38,625 bases of DNA, from the UHGV virus genome UHGV-1545242; one strand, given 5' to 3'. This DNA comes from a virus. Under the pieces are notes generated by a model, which made no database searches, was not told where the DNA came from, and saw only the letters and a program-made list of their open reading frames with translations. Position numbers and translations under genes: made by a program. This document shows, in pieces, positions 1 through 8,163 of this stretch (the stretch's first letter is position 1; every line of letters begins with the position of its first letter).

Positions 1-46
1 TTAACAGCTAACTCATAGCAACTCATTCCTATTCAGATACTAATTT

Positions 47-74
47 AACCCTCTGTTTTTACAGAGGGTTTTTG
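47..74 (+). repeat. Left copy of boundary direct repeat (attL candidate); forms hairpin CCCTCTGT-tttt-ACAGAGGG followed by T-run
   Basis: aaccctctgtttttacagagggtttttg; matches 38328-38355 except 2 loop positions. Confidence 0.65.
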
Positions 75-125
75 TTTTTATGTATTCATTTCTATTCACT
101 CTACACCATATTTTTCGTCGGTACA

Positions 126-136
126 GGTGACGGTAT
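126..136. promoter_or_regulatory. GGTGACGGTAT 11-mer, candidate integrase arm-type site (left)
   Basis: Identical 11-mer recurs at 38201-38211 near the other prophage end. Confidence 0.35.
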
Positions 137-150
137 TACCTTAAAGGTAT
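136..150. promoter_or_regulatory. TTACC-N5-GGTAT near-palindrome upstream of integrase
   Basis: ttaccttaaaggtat; one mismatch from the TTACC-N5-GGTAA motif. Confidence 0.4.
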
Positions 151-192
151 ACTCTCATACCGTCATGAAAATGGTTTCTATACGGGTGAATT

Positions 193-1449
193 GTGCTTAC
201 CGATACAAAATTAAAAAACCTCAAGCCGCAGGACAAACTGTACAAGGTCTCCGATCGTGACGGGCTGTATGTAGCTGTGCTTACGTCAGGCACGGTCTCG
301 TTTCGCTATGACTACCGTATCAACGGTCGCCGCGAAACACTGGTAATCGGGCAGTATGGGCGTGACGGTATCAGCCTGGCAGAAGCGCGAGAAGAACTGA
401 TTGCTGCAAAGAAGCTGCTTAAAGCAGGCCAGTCACCGGCTGCGGCTAAACGTGACGGTATCAAAAAGATTCGTGGTGCCGAGACGTTTGCGGTACATAC
501 CGACAGTTATATGAAACACGTCATCCTGGCTGACAGTACCCGCGCAATGAAGCAGGCGGTGATCGACCGTGACATACTTCCTGTTCTTGGTAACAAAATG
601 ATGGCTGAAATTACCACATCGATGGTTCGTGATTTGTGTGACCGGATTGTCGAACGCGGTGGTCGGGCAACAGCAGTACAGGCCAGGGAGATCATCAGCA
701 GCGTATACCGTCACGCCAATGACCGTGGTCATGGTTTGTTTAATCCTGCGGCTGACATTAAACCTTCGTCTATCGCCATATTTAAACCACGAGAGCGAAC
801 ACTGACACCAGAAGAAATTGGCCTGTTCTTCCGCACGCTGGATGCCATTGGTGCTATGGGCACTATGAAAATGGCTTTAAAACTGGTGCTTATCACTATG
901 GTTCGTAAGGGCGAATTCACCAATGCAACGTGGGATGAAATAGATTTTAAAAAATGGACATGGACAATTCCTTCAGACCGCATGAAGGGAAGCCGGGCGC
1001 ATGTTATTTACCTGCCTAAACAGGCTCAGGATATATTGGTCGGGTTGCAGATGTGCGCTGGTGGAAGTGAATATCTGGTTCCTGGTCGTTACAATTTCCG
1101 GAAGCCATTATCTAATGCCGCGCTGAACTCTCTGATCGACAGAACGGTGAAAATAATAAATGAAGATGGTGAGCATATTCAGGGCTTCACCGTACACGAT
1201 ATGCGCCGTACAGCCAGTACGTTGTTGCATGAGGCTGGTTATCCTTCAGACTGGATTGAAAAGGCTCTGGCACATGAGCAGAAAGGTGTGCGCGCCGTAT
1301 ATAACAAAGCGGAATACGCCAGACAGCGCGCCTACATGTTGCAGCAGTGGGCCGATATGATTGATTCCTGGATTAACGGGGAGCATACAGATCTGATTCC
1401 GTTCTCCCCGTCGAAGTTTGAGAGGTGGATGGAAGACAGTAATAAATAA
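193..1449 (+). CDS. int: Tyrosine recombinase, P4-type phage integrase
   Basis: 418-aa ORF; N-terminus LTDTKLKNLKPQDKLYKVSDRDGLYVAV typical of P4-family integrases; C-terminal HxxR..Y region (HDMRRTASTLL...VYNKAEY); GTG start at 193. Confidence 0.9.
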   Translation: MLTDTKLKNLKPQDKLYKVSDRDGLYVAVLTSGTVSFRYDYRINGRRETLVIGQYGRDGISLAEAREELIAAKKLLKAGQSPAAAKRDGIKKIRGAETFAVHTDSYMKHVILADSTRAMKQAVIDRDILPVLGNKMMAEITTSMVRDLCDRIVERGGRATAVQAREIISSVYRHANDRGHGLFNPAADIKPSSIAIFKPRERTLTPEEIGLFFRTLDAIGAMGTMKMALKLVLITMVRKGEFTNATWDEIDFKKWTWTIPSDRMKGSRAHVIYLPKQAQDILVGLQMCAGGSEYLVPGRYNFRKPLSNAALNSLIDRTVKIINEDGEHIQGFTVHDMRRTASTLLHEAGYPSDWIEKALAHEQKGVRAVYNKAEYARQRAYMLQQWADMIDSWINGEHTDLIPFSPSKFERWMEDSNK

Positions 1450-1451
1450 TT

Positions 1452-2111
1452 CTATCCTTCCTGGACTTTGGTAAGCGTCAGATTTCCGCAGAACACTGCG
1501 CCGGTGTCGATGTACATTTGGTTTGCATACACCAGTGGGTGATGTGCTGGCGTATGACCGAAGATGAACAAATCGGCACCGGTTATCTCCGAGACAATAC
1601 CGTCCTGCGCGTCGCTAACCCGCTCACGATTCCATATCACCATTTCTTCCGGTACTGGCTTATCGAATGCGTATTCGTTGTGCGGGTAGTCTGCGTGGCA
1701 GATGACGACCTTCTTATTGCCGGTAACCAGTTCGATAATCATCGGGAGGTTGGTAACCTTTGGCAGAAGGTATTTGAGTTGCACATCCTGCTCAGAATCA
1801 AGTTGGTGCCACCATCCACCGCCGTTTGACATCCAATGTCCGAAACTTCCGCCGTTGACCAGTGCATCCAGCATCATCTGCTCATGGTTGCCACGAACAG
1901 CTCGGAACCACGGCATAGTAATCAAATCCAGGCATTCGACGTTTTCAGCGCCGCGGTCAACAAGGTCACCAACGGAAATAAGCAAATCGCGCGCCGGGTC
2001 GAATGAAACTTTGTCGAGTTCGTTCATCAGCAGTGTGTAGCACCCATGCAGATCGCCGACGACGAAGATATTGCACCAGTCAGCGCCATTGATGCGTTGA
2101 TATAGGTTCAT
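1452..2111 (-). CDS. Ser/Thr protein phosphatase, lambda PPase-like metallophosphoesterase
   Basis: Motifs GDLHG, GDLVDRG, GNHE in translated ORF; start taken at MNLYQ, 4-bp overlap with upstream gene stop. Confidence 0.85.
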   Translation of the reverse strand: MNLYQRINGADWCNIFVVGDLHGCYTLLMNELDKVSFDPARDLLISVGDLVDRGAENVECLDLITMPWFRAVRGNHEQMMLDALVNGGSFGHWMSNGGGWWHQLDSEQDVQLKYLLPKVTNLPMIIELVTGNKKVVICHADYPHNEYAFDKPVPEEMVIWNRERVSDAQDGIVSEITGADLFIFGHTPAHHPLVYANQMYIDTGAVFCGNLTLTKVQEG

Positions 2112-2758
2112 GCTGCACGCTCCCGCCCCTGGTTGTCTGTTGGTGACAGCGGAGCATTGCTGAATGCATTTGTTAATCCGCCAATATCCAACGCGTATCC
2201 AGGATGTAGTTGCACTGCCGGGTCTTCGCACTGATTACCCCAAACATCGAAACCATGAGACGTCTGGCGGGCGAACAGTTCAATGCGAGAAACATCGCCT
2301 AATAATTGCACAAGTTTTTCACGAACGATATCTGGCTTTCTTGAATGCTCAAGCCGCGGTGCGGTAAATGACTGAACGATCCCTGCATTAATGCGCGTAG
2401 GTAGTTTTCCCTTTACCGCAAACAGGCAATCTTCACTATTGGCGCGAGTCATGTGTCCCATACCCATAACCAGTTTATCTGGTTGTCGACTACCACATTT
2501 TATCCACGTGAAGCCCTTCATCGTCATCAGACGGAATCCCCAGGCTTCAACAACTTTTAGTGCTTCGAGTGGTTGTGTTGGCACCCACCACATGGCCAAC
2601 AGACAGTTTTCATCGGCCAAATCCCACACAGGAAGGCGGTAGATATCCAGCACACTCATAACCGGATATTTAAAACCGGCACCGCGATTACCACCTGCGG
2701 CTTTGTCCCGGTATACCCAGGGTGGATCTGCATAGATTAGTGTGTATTTCTTAGTCAT
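2108..2758 (-). CDS. MT-A70 family DNA N6-adenine methyltransferase
   Basis: Catalytic DPPW motif ([10 protein letters not shown]) near N-terminus; start taken at MTKKYT. Confidence 0.75.
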   Translation of the reverse strand: MTKKYTLIYADPPWVYRDKAAGGNRGAGFKYPVMSVLDIYRLPVWDLADENCLLAMWWVPTQPLEALKVVEAWGFRLMTMKGFTWIKCGSRQPDKLVMGMGHMTRANSEDCLFAVKGKLPTRINAGIVQSFTAPRLEHSRKPDIVREKLVQLLGDVSRIELFARQTSHGFDVWGNQCEDPAVQLHPGYALDIGGLTNAFSNAPLSPTDNQGRERAA

Positions 2759-3050
2759 AAACCACCCCACAACATCCTATGCCGCTATAGTCGCCACGGC
2801 GAAGGCCGTTAACTTTTGTGATACATTGGTCCCTGCGAACCGCGATCCTTGCACGTTCAACATCACCAGAAGCAACATCCATACACTGAAGCCAAAGGTG
2901 AGCGGCAATGCGGAATTGCCCTTTTTTCTCTCTTTCAATCGCGCGTTTTTCGATCTCTATCGCCGCAGGAGTAACGGCGACAATCTTTGACGGACTGCGC
3001 ATTGAAACCTTATTCATGTGATATTTTTCAAGTCGGCTTAACTTTCTCAC
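2751..3050 (-). CDS. Hypothetical protein, first gene of the hypothetical-methyltransferase-phosphatase operon
   Basis: 99-aa ORF whose stop overlaps the methyltransferase start; no recognisable motif; start uncertain. Confidence 0.4.
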   Translation of the reverse strand: MRKLSRLEKYHMNKVSMRSPSKIVAVTPAAIEIEKRAIEREKKGQFRIAAHLWLQCMDVASGDVERARIAVRRDQCITKVNGLRRGDYSGIGCCGVVYD

Positions 3051-3159
3051 TTAATCCAACCCTCTCTGAAAATTAATGCCAGCAGATAAAGCCATGCTGA
3101 AACAGAGGCCAGGAATAAGTACCATCCTGACCATTTGCTCCAGTGCCTTAGCAGCGCAC

Positions 3160-3408
3160 TCATGCAGCGTTGCTCACGGGACGATATACACGTTGCTGAA
3201 CAGGAGGCTTTTTACCCTGGAACTCTGCCGGGCTTGCTGCCTGACGTTCATCAAGCCAACGCTCAACTTCATCACGGTTCCATGCGCAGCGTTTATCGGT
3301 GATATACCAGCGTTTAGGAAATTCCCCTGCGCGCTCCATACGGTCGATAGTGCTCCATGACAGTGGCACCACCGCCAGGAGTTCTTTCTTACCTAATGCA
3401 CCTTTCAT
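3160..3408 (-). CDS. AlpA-family DNA-binding protein, probable excisionase/regulator
   Basis: Pattern LLAVVPLSWSTIDRMERAGEFPK...WNRDEVERWL matches AlpA/Xis-type winged helix proteins; position between int side and recombination genes. Confidence 0.7.
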   Translation of the reverse strand: MKGALGKKELLAVVPLSWSTIDRMERAGEFPKRWYITDKRCAWNRDEVERWLDERQAASPAEFQGKKPPVQQRVYRPVSNAA

Positions 3409-3457
3409 GAATACCTCTCTTGGTTGCAGTGCGGCGCACGTGGCGCCGCGGTGGTGG

Positions 3458-4480
3458 TTACTCGAATTCTGGACGCATATCGTTAAGCGTCATCATGAAT
3501 TTTTGGTGATATTCATCACCGAGCTTTTCAGCCATGGTGTTAATTTCATTTTCAGCGCGCTTGAACATCGTTTTTGCATCTTCAGCAGATGGATCCAGGC
3601 TATTAAGTATCGCGATGATATATTCTCGAGCTTCTTCTCGTTCTGAATCTGAAATTGGCGACAGGTGTTGACGCTCATCGTCAACTACGGAATATTCACC
3701 AGTGATAACAGCTGCGTTATCTTGGCTAAGTCCAGCTTCAGCGCGCTCATCCATAACAACAGCCTTCTGCATTTCAATAGAAACAGGAAGATATTTGAAC
3801 AGTCGGCGAATTACTGTTTTTTTAGCCATCTCATCGAAGTGATCAACCCATGGGCCACTGCTACCGGCTTTGCTCAGTGCACGAACTTTCTCAACGTCTG
3901 CCCGGCTCATAACTTCAAATTGGACTCCGCCATCTTTCAGTCGTGCAACGGCGTAAACGTGCGTTAATTCTCCGCGGTCACCTGTTTCGCAAGGTAAATG
4001 CTCGAGCGTTTCTTCCAGGCCGTATGAGTAGCTGAATTTGTCGTTTGTATGTACGGTACGAGCCGAGATACTCAGGATCTGCCCAGAGCGGCGGGCAAGG
4101 TCAATCATTCCGCGATAGCCGATAATCAGCTGTGCTTCTGTAGATACGGTTTCCCATCTTCCATTTACTTTCTGGCGTTTGTCGAACGGTATCAGGTAAG
4201 CGTGTCCAAGAGCTCCGCCTGGTTCAAGACCCAATTGGGCACATTGCATAATTGCCCCCAGGAAGCTGGCTTGGTCGCATGATGCAAGTTTTGGAACCTT
4301 TCTGATCTCTGTGGTTGCTATGCGCGCCAGACGGTCTGCTGTCATGTGCTTTGGAAGTGCCAAAGCCATCTGAGCTTTAATTTTTGGGTCTGCCAGAAGT
4401 CCGGCCAGAGTTGTTGGTTTCTCATTATGATGTGCAACTTGGTTACCGGTAGCCGCTGCCTTAAGTGCATTGATAGACAT
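3458..4480 (-). CDS. recT: RecT-family single-strand annealing recombinase
   Basis: LIIGYRGMIDLARRSGQI and VYAVARLKDGG blocks characteristic of RecT (Rac prophage type). Confidence 0.9.
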   Translation of the reverse strand: MSINALKAAATGNQVAHHNEKPTTLAGLLADPKIKAQMALALPKHMTADRLARIATTEIRKVPKLASCDQASFLGAIMQCAQLGLEPGGALGHAYLIPFDKRQKVNGRWETVSTEAQLIIGYRGMIDLARRSGQILSISARTVHTNDKFSYSYGLEETLEHLPCETGDRGELTHVYAVARLKDGGVQFEVMSRADVEKVRALSKAGSSGPWVDHFDEMAKKTVIRRLFKYLPVSIEMQKAVVMDERAEAGLSQDNAAVITGEYSVVDDERQHLSPISDSEREEAREYIIAILNSLDPSAEDAKTMFKRAENEINTMAEKLGDEYHQKFMMTLNDMRPEFE

Positions 4481-4489
4481 TTTTTCTCC

Positions 4490-5368
4490 TTACTTCATTC
4501 TGAAGACGCGTTGTGTCGTTGTTGTTTTGAATTTTTCGAATAACTCAGGGTGTACTGACTGGAATAGCTTCTGGTCGAATCTGTTGCTGATCTGAGATTT
4601 CCATGTGCAGAGCGGCTTTCCGTCCAGGGTCAGGACTGAGTGCTCTTGCATGTACATCTTCAGCTTCTCTTCTGATATAGCTATTTCTTCTTCCAGTGAT
4701 TTTCTGCGTGATTTCATGTCTCGTAGATCGTTGAATAGTGCGAGTGCCTTTCCGTCAGCCTCGATACTTGTCCCGGCATCTTTCTCAAACATCAGCGATA
4801 CATCGCTTACGCTGGTAGCTTCCGGCGGGTTAAGATTTTTCACTCGGTCCCAGAAAGCGATTTCTTTTTCTAAGATCGCCTGGATAGTTTCTTCATCACG
4901 CTCAACCCGATAGATTCGGAAGTCGTCGCCACCGATAAGCACACCGAAAACGCATACCTGTTTGTTTGTAACCATCAACCCGTGCATGGCCTGGGCCGTG
5001 TAATGCACAGGAATTGCATCTGTCTGGATTTCTCCCCATTCTTTGGCTTTGAACGGACTAACTGTTTTGATCTCAATATTCTCGCCTGACGCTGCTTCTG
5101 CATCGATCTCAGCTGCAATAAAATCGTAATCACGGTGGATATAGCGGTTTCCGCGATGAACGATTTCCATCCCTGTTTCCTCAGAAAGCAGGTCTATTAC
5201 GTATGGCTCCATACGCTGGCCACGCGTGAAAACTTTCTGCTTGCTTGGGTCTACTGGTTTGACACGTGGCTGGACCTTATCCAGATAAACCTCAAGCGGG
5301 GTGCGCCATGGGCTAATTCCAAGAATCCCTGCAACATCGCTTCCTCCGATGTATTTTGTTCTATCCAT
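4490..5368 (-). CDS. YqaJ-type (lambda Exo-like) recombination exonuclease
   Basis: N-terminal GGSDVAGILGISPWRTPLEVY motif of YqaJ viral recombinase domain; immediately upstream of recT; start taken at MDRTKY (ORF extends to 5389). Confidence 0.85.
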   Translation of the reverse strand: MDRTKYIGGSDVAGILGISPWRTPLEVYLDKVQPRVKPVDPSKQKVFTRGQRMEPYVIDLLSEETGMEIVHRGNRYIHRDYDFIAAEIDAEAASGENIEIKTVSPFKAKEWGEIQTDAIPVHYTAQAMHGLMVTNKQVCVFGVLIGGDDFRIYRVERDEETIQAILEKEIAFWDRVKNLNPPEATSVSDVSLMFEKDAGTSIEADGKALALFNDLRDMKSRRKSLEEEIAISEEKLKMYMQEHSVLTLDGKPLCTWKSQISNRFDQKLFQSVHPELFEKFKTTTTQRVFRMK

Positions 5369-5385
5369 GATTCCAGCGTTCCGCA

Positions 5386-5685
5386 TCATGCCGCGTCCCT
5401 CTGCCCATCAAGCTGATCCGCCAGATCCCAGCGCGCTATAATTGCCATTGCCTCGCGCCGGTAGGCATCCATCAGTTCTTCGAACTCAGGGCTGTCTTTA
5501 GCAGCCTCCAGCACTTCCTGACGAACGCCTTTGCCTGTTACAACGTCGAAAGTTGAGGACAGTTGATGAAGTCGGATGCTCTCAATCAGTTCAACTTGTC
5601 GGTCATATAGCTGTTCTGACAGGCGGTAGTCCTTGTCGAATGCCAGCATGATTTTTTGAAGATTTTTCTGCTGATTAACGTTCAT
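5386..5685 (-). CDS. Hypothetical early protein
   Basis: ORF with GGGAGGG Shine-Dalgarno 7 nt upstream of MNVNQQ start; no recognised motif. Confidence 0.55.
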   Translation of the reverse strand: MNVNQQKNLQKIMLAFDKDYRLSEQLYDRQVELIESIRLHQLSSTFDVVTGKGVRQEVLEAAKDSPEFEELMDAYRREAMAIIARWDLADQLDGQRDAA

Positions 5686-5687
5686 TA

Positions 5688-5840
5688 TCAGCCCTCCCAT
5701 ATCTCGTTATCGTTGGCTACATCGCGAGCTTCTTTGCTGACGAAAGCCCACTTAATGCCTTCCTGTAAGGTGCGGAACTTCCAGCTCATGAATCCGCATG
5801 CAGTAACGCAGTACCAACCGTTGATGATTTTCCACTGCAT
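5688..5840 (-). CDS. Small Trp-rich protein (49 aa), first gene of leftward early operon
   Basis: Manual translation MQWKIINGWYCVTACGFMSWKFRTLQEGIKWAFVSKEARDVANDNEIWEG; GAGGT SD 8 nt upstream; below 60-aa track cutoff. Confidence 0.45.
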   Translation of the reverse strand: MQWKIINGWYCVTACGFMSWKFRTLQEGIKWAFVSKEARDVANDNEIWEG

Positions 5841-5921
5841 AACTTGTTACCTCGGTCTGTTACTGTTGGGGTAATAATTATGCTTATTTGGTTTGGTGTC
5901 AATAGATATGAGTTAAAAAAA

Positions 5922-5936
5922 TTACCCGTAAGGTAA
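5922..5936. promoter_or_regulatory. Operator-like palindrome TTACC-N5-GGTAA (leftward early promoter region)
   Basis: ttacccgtaaggtaa between repressor terminator and first leftward gene. Confidence 0.6.
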
Positions 5937-5946
5937 TCTATCTGGC

Positions 5947-5971
5947 AATAAAAAAGCCGCCATGAGGCGGC
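5947..5971 (-). terminator. Rho-independent terminator downstream of repressor gene
   Basis: GCCGCC-tcat-GGCGGC followed by T-run on minus strand. Confidence 0.6.
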
Positions 5972-5993
5972 TTACTTACTGAAAACTATAGTT

Positions 5994-6578
5994 TTATTGT
6001 TTGCTTTTTTCGTTCTGGTTGATGACAAATTCAATGTAACTTTCGATCTTTGCTTTCTCGGTTTCGGGTAACAATGCGTAGCGTGAGCGGTCATAGTTGA
6101 TAGTCGCAGGGTCGTGCGGGTGAATCAGTAGTTCATATCCGTGACGCCCGAATGCGGATGCAACATTCTCCAGGGTGGAAATGGAAACGCTGACCTCATT
6201 GTTTAACAGGCGGCTGATTGTCACCTGGGCGACGCCGGATGCGCGGTGAAGTTTTCCCTGCGTTGAAAGGTCGCGGCTTTCGCTCATCCAGCGTTCCAGG
6301 TTGTGAGCCGCCAGCTGACCAATGTCGCTTGGGCCGACAGGCTGAAAACCTTCCTGAGAAAGCGAGCGATCGATATCAAGCCAGTTACGGGGTTTATTGG
6401 CGGCAGCTTCAATTTTTCGCGCAACCTGGTCGCCGATAACCTTCTTGCCAAGAGCCCAGCGGTTTACCAGATTTGCCTGAGTTCCAAGTTTTTCTGCCAT
6501 CCGCGTCTGAACACCATTGAATTCACGGTCGATCAAGTCGTTGAGATTTTGCCTGCGGACGTCCTGGATACTTTTCAT
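5994..6578 (-). CDS. Prophage repressor (CI-like position), HTH DNA-binding protein without S24 peptidase domain
   Basis: Divergent from Cro-like gene; two HTH-like segments (MAEKLGTQANLVNRW; GVAQVTISRLLNNE); no Ala-Gly/Ser-Lys LexA-like autocleavage motifs seen. Confidence 0.7.
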   Translation of the reverse strand: MKSIQDVRRQNLNDLIDREFNGVQTRMAEKLGTQANLVNRWALGKKVIGDQVARKIEAAANKPRNWLDIDRSLSQEGFQPVGPSDIGQLAAHNLERWMSESRDLSTQGKLHRASGVAQVTISRLLNNEVSVSISTLENVASAFGRHGYELLIHPHDPATINYDRSRYALLPETEKAKIESYIEFVINQNEKSKQ

Positions 6579-6633
6579 TTTCTGGAAAATCGCCTCATAT
6601 ATGAATCAGTAGATGATTCAATTTAAAGCAATA

Positions 6634-6648
6634 TTACCCAACAGGTAA
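6634..6648. promoter_or_regulatory. Operator-like palindrome TTACC-N5-GGTAA (repressor/cro intergenic)
   Basis: ttacccaacaggtaa. Confidence 0.6.
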
Positions 6649-6681
6649 ATGCACCTCATAGGTAACCATCCTTGATTTTTG

Positions 6682-6696
6682 TTACCTTATGGGTGA
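6682..6696. promoter_or_regulatory. Operator-like near-palindrome TTACC-N5-GGTGA (repressor/cro intergenic)
   Basis: ttaccttatgggtga, 48 bp from previous site. Confidence 0.5.
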
Positions 6697-6732
6697 ATAT
6701 TTATTATCTGAAATAAATATCAGGCAATAGCT

Positions 6733-6963
6733 ATGAGCGATAACGGACATTTCGATTTCAAAAAGCACTGGCTTGCACTTACTCCGGATGAGCGTGAAGC
6801 CTTCGCACAGGAAGCCGGAACGACGAGTCACTATATCCAGACTCACTTAACAGGTAAGCGCAAAATGCCAGGTAAAGTATTGATGAATGGGCTTTTTAAA
6901 GCCTGTAAAACAAGACAATGGCTGCGCTCAAAAGCAGAACTGGCATACTTCTTCTACTCATGA
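6733..6963 (+). CDS. Cro-like small DNA-binding regulator
   Basis: 76-aa ORF divergent from repressor across operator-containing intergenic region. Confidence 0.6.
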   Translation: MSDNGHFDFKKHWLALTPDEREAFAQEAGTTSHYIQTHLTGKRKMPGKVLMNGLFKACKTRQWLRSKAELAYFFYS

Positions 6964-6985
6964 TATCCAGCTACAACCCTCTGTA

Positions 6986-7010
6986 GACCGCCACCCGGCG
7001 GTCTTTTCAT
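6986..7010 (+). terminator. Rho-independent terminator after cro-like gene (tR1-like)
   Basis: GACCGCC-accc-GGCGGTC followed by TTTTC. Confidence 0.6.
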
Positions 7011-7018
7011 ATCTATTC

Positions 7019-7033
7019 GTACCTCAAAGGTAA
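7019..7033. promoter_or_regulatory. Operator-like near-palindrome GTACC-N5-GGTAA after cro terminator
   Basis: gtacctcaaaggtaa, preceded by atctattcgt. Confidence 0.45.
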
Positions 7034-7113
7034 TAAATAACCAAATCTGGTTGATCTTTTTTTTGTGTCAGCACAAAATGACCGTAATCCCAATACTAAT
7101 AACAGGGCTTACC

Positions 7114-7314
7114 ATGGAAATCATTACACGTATTGATGCCGCAAAGCGCGGACTTAAACGCTACTACACCGGAAAACCATGTAAGCACGGACATGACAGT
7201 GAACGCTGGGTTTACAACGGACACTGTGTTGAGTGCACCATGGAATCAAACCGTCGCATCAGGGCAGAGATTAAGCAGATCATGATTAATTCCTCCCCAC
7301 AACACTCAAGCTGA
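7114..7314 (+). CDS. Small Cys/His-rich protein (possible zinc-binding regulator)
   Basis: CKHGH...HCVEC spacing; start uncertain (ORF opens at 7051). Confidence 0.45.
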   Translation: MEIITRIDAAKRGLKRYYTGKPCKHGHDSERWVYNGHCVECTMESNRRIRAEIKQIMINSSPQHSS

Positions 7315-7329
7315 TAGCGGAGATTAATC

Positions 7330-8163
7330 ATGAGCAGACATGCAACAGATTGGGCCTGGGAGACAGATCCAGGTAGCTCATCATTAAAGCTCATACTGCT
7401 CTCGATGGCTGACAGAGCCGATGAATATAACCTCTGCTACCCCAGCATAGAACGCCTCGTTAAAGACACTTGCCTGAATAAAAAAACCGTGCAGGCCGGG
7501 CTTATATCGCTCATGAAAATGGGGCTTATTTCAGATACCGGAGAGAGAAAGGGAGCGACAAAAAGAGTGCGGGTTTTCTCTCTTAATATAACCAAAAACG
7601 GGAACATTAAAGGCAACCGGGAGGGGGGCAATGAACCCGAAAACGGTAATGTTACCGAAAACGGGAATATACCCAAAAACGGGATGTTGAATGATCCCAA
7701 AAACGGGATGTTGAATGATCCCAAAAACGGGATCCAGAACCAGTCATATAACCAGTCATTTAACCAAGAGAGGGAGAGCAGGACAAAAACCGGGGATTCT
7801 GTGCCTCATGACCCCGGCGCAAACAACGCCGTGATGAATAACTTTGTTCCTCCTGGTGGGCCAGGGCAATTAGGTAAATTTGTCATGCATGAACAATGGC
7901 AGCCATCAGATGACTTTCTTCGGAAAAGCTCATTGCAGGGAATCTACCTGGACAGTCTGCCAACGGCACAGGAACTTGCAGAGTTCAGAATTTACTGGAT
8001 GGCTGAGGGTAAGGCATACCATCAGGCACAGTGGGAGCAGAAGCTGGCAAGGCGCATCCAGTTCTGTAGACAGAAATCAGGTGAAGTCAGAAAGAGCCTT
8101 GACTGGCATAACACTGACTGGATAGATGAGGTGTGGGATGAAATCAACTCCAGAACTTCTTAA
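7330..8163 (+). CDS. Replication initiator (lambda O-like / replisome organiser) with internal origin iterons
   Basis: N-terminal HTH region (WETDPGSSSLKLILLSMADRADEYNLCYPSIERL), followed by iteron-encoded repeats and a C-terminal domain preceding the P-like gene. Confidence 0.75.
   Translation: MSRHATDWAWETDPGSSSLKLILLSMADRADEYNLCYPSIERLVKDTCLNKKTVQAGLISLMKMGLISDTGERKGATKRVRVFSLNITKNGNIKGNREGGNEPENGNVTENGNIPKNGMLNDPKNGMLNDPKNGIQNQSYNQSFNQERESRTKTGDSVPHDPGANNAVMNNFVPPGGPGQLGKFVMHEQWQPSDDFLRKSSLQGIYLDSLPTAQELAEFRIYWMAEGKAYHQAQWEQKLARRIQFCRQKSGEVRKSLDWHNTDWIDEVWDEINSRTS
7592..7732. repeat. Iteron array, candidate replication origin inside the initiator gene
   Basis: Six copies of CC(C/G)AAAACGGGA at 7592, 7636, 7655, 7672, 7696, 7720 including a perfect 24-bp tandem CCCAAAAACGGGATGTTGAATGAT; followed by AT-richer direct repeat cagtcatataacc/cagtcatttaacc. 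Confidence 0.65.

Noticed and set aside
6975-6987. AACCCTCTGT 10-mer matching the att-repeat stem, just before the cro terminator
   Set aside because: Only the half-stem matches and there is no partner ACAGAGGG; probably coincidental or a terminator-sequence preference.
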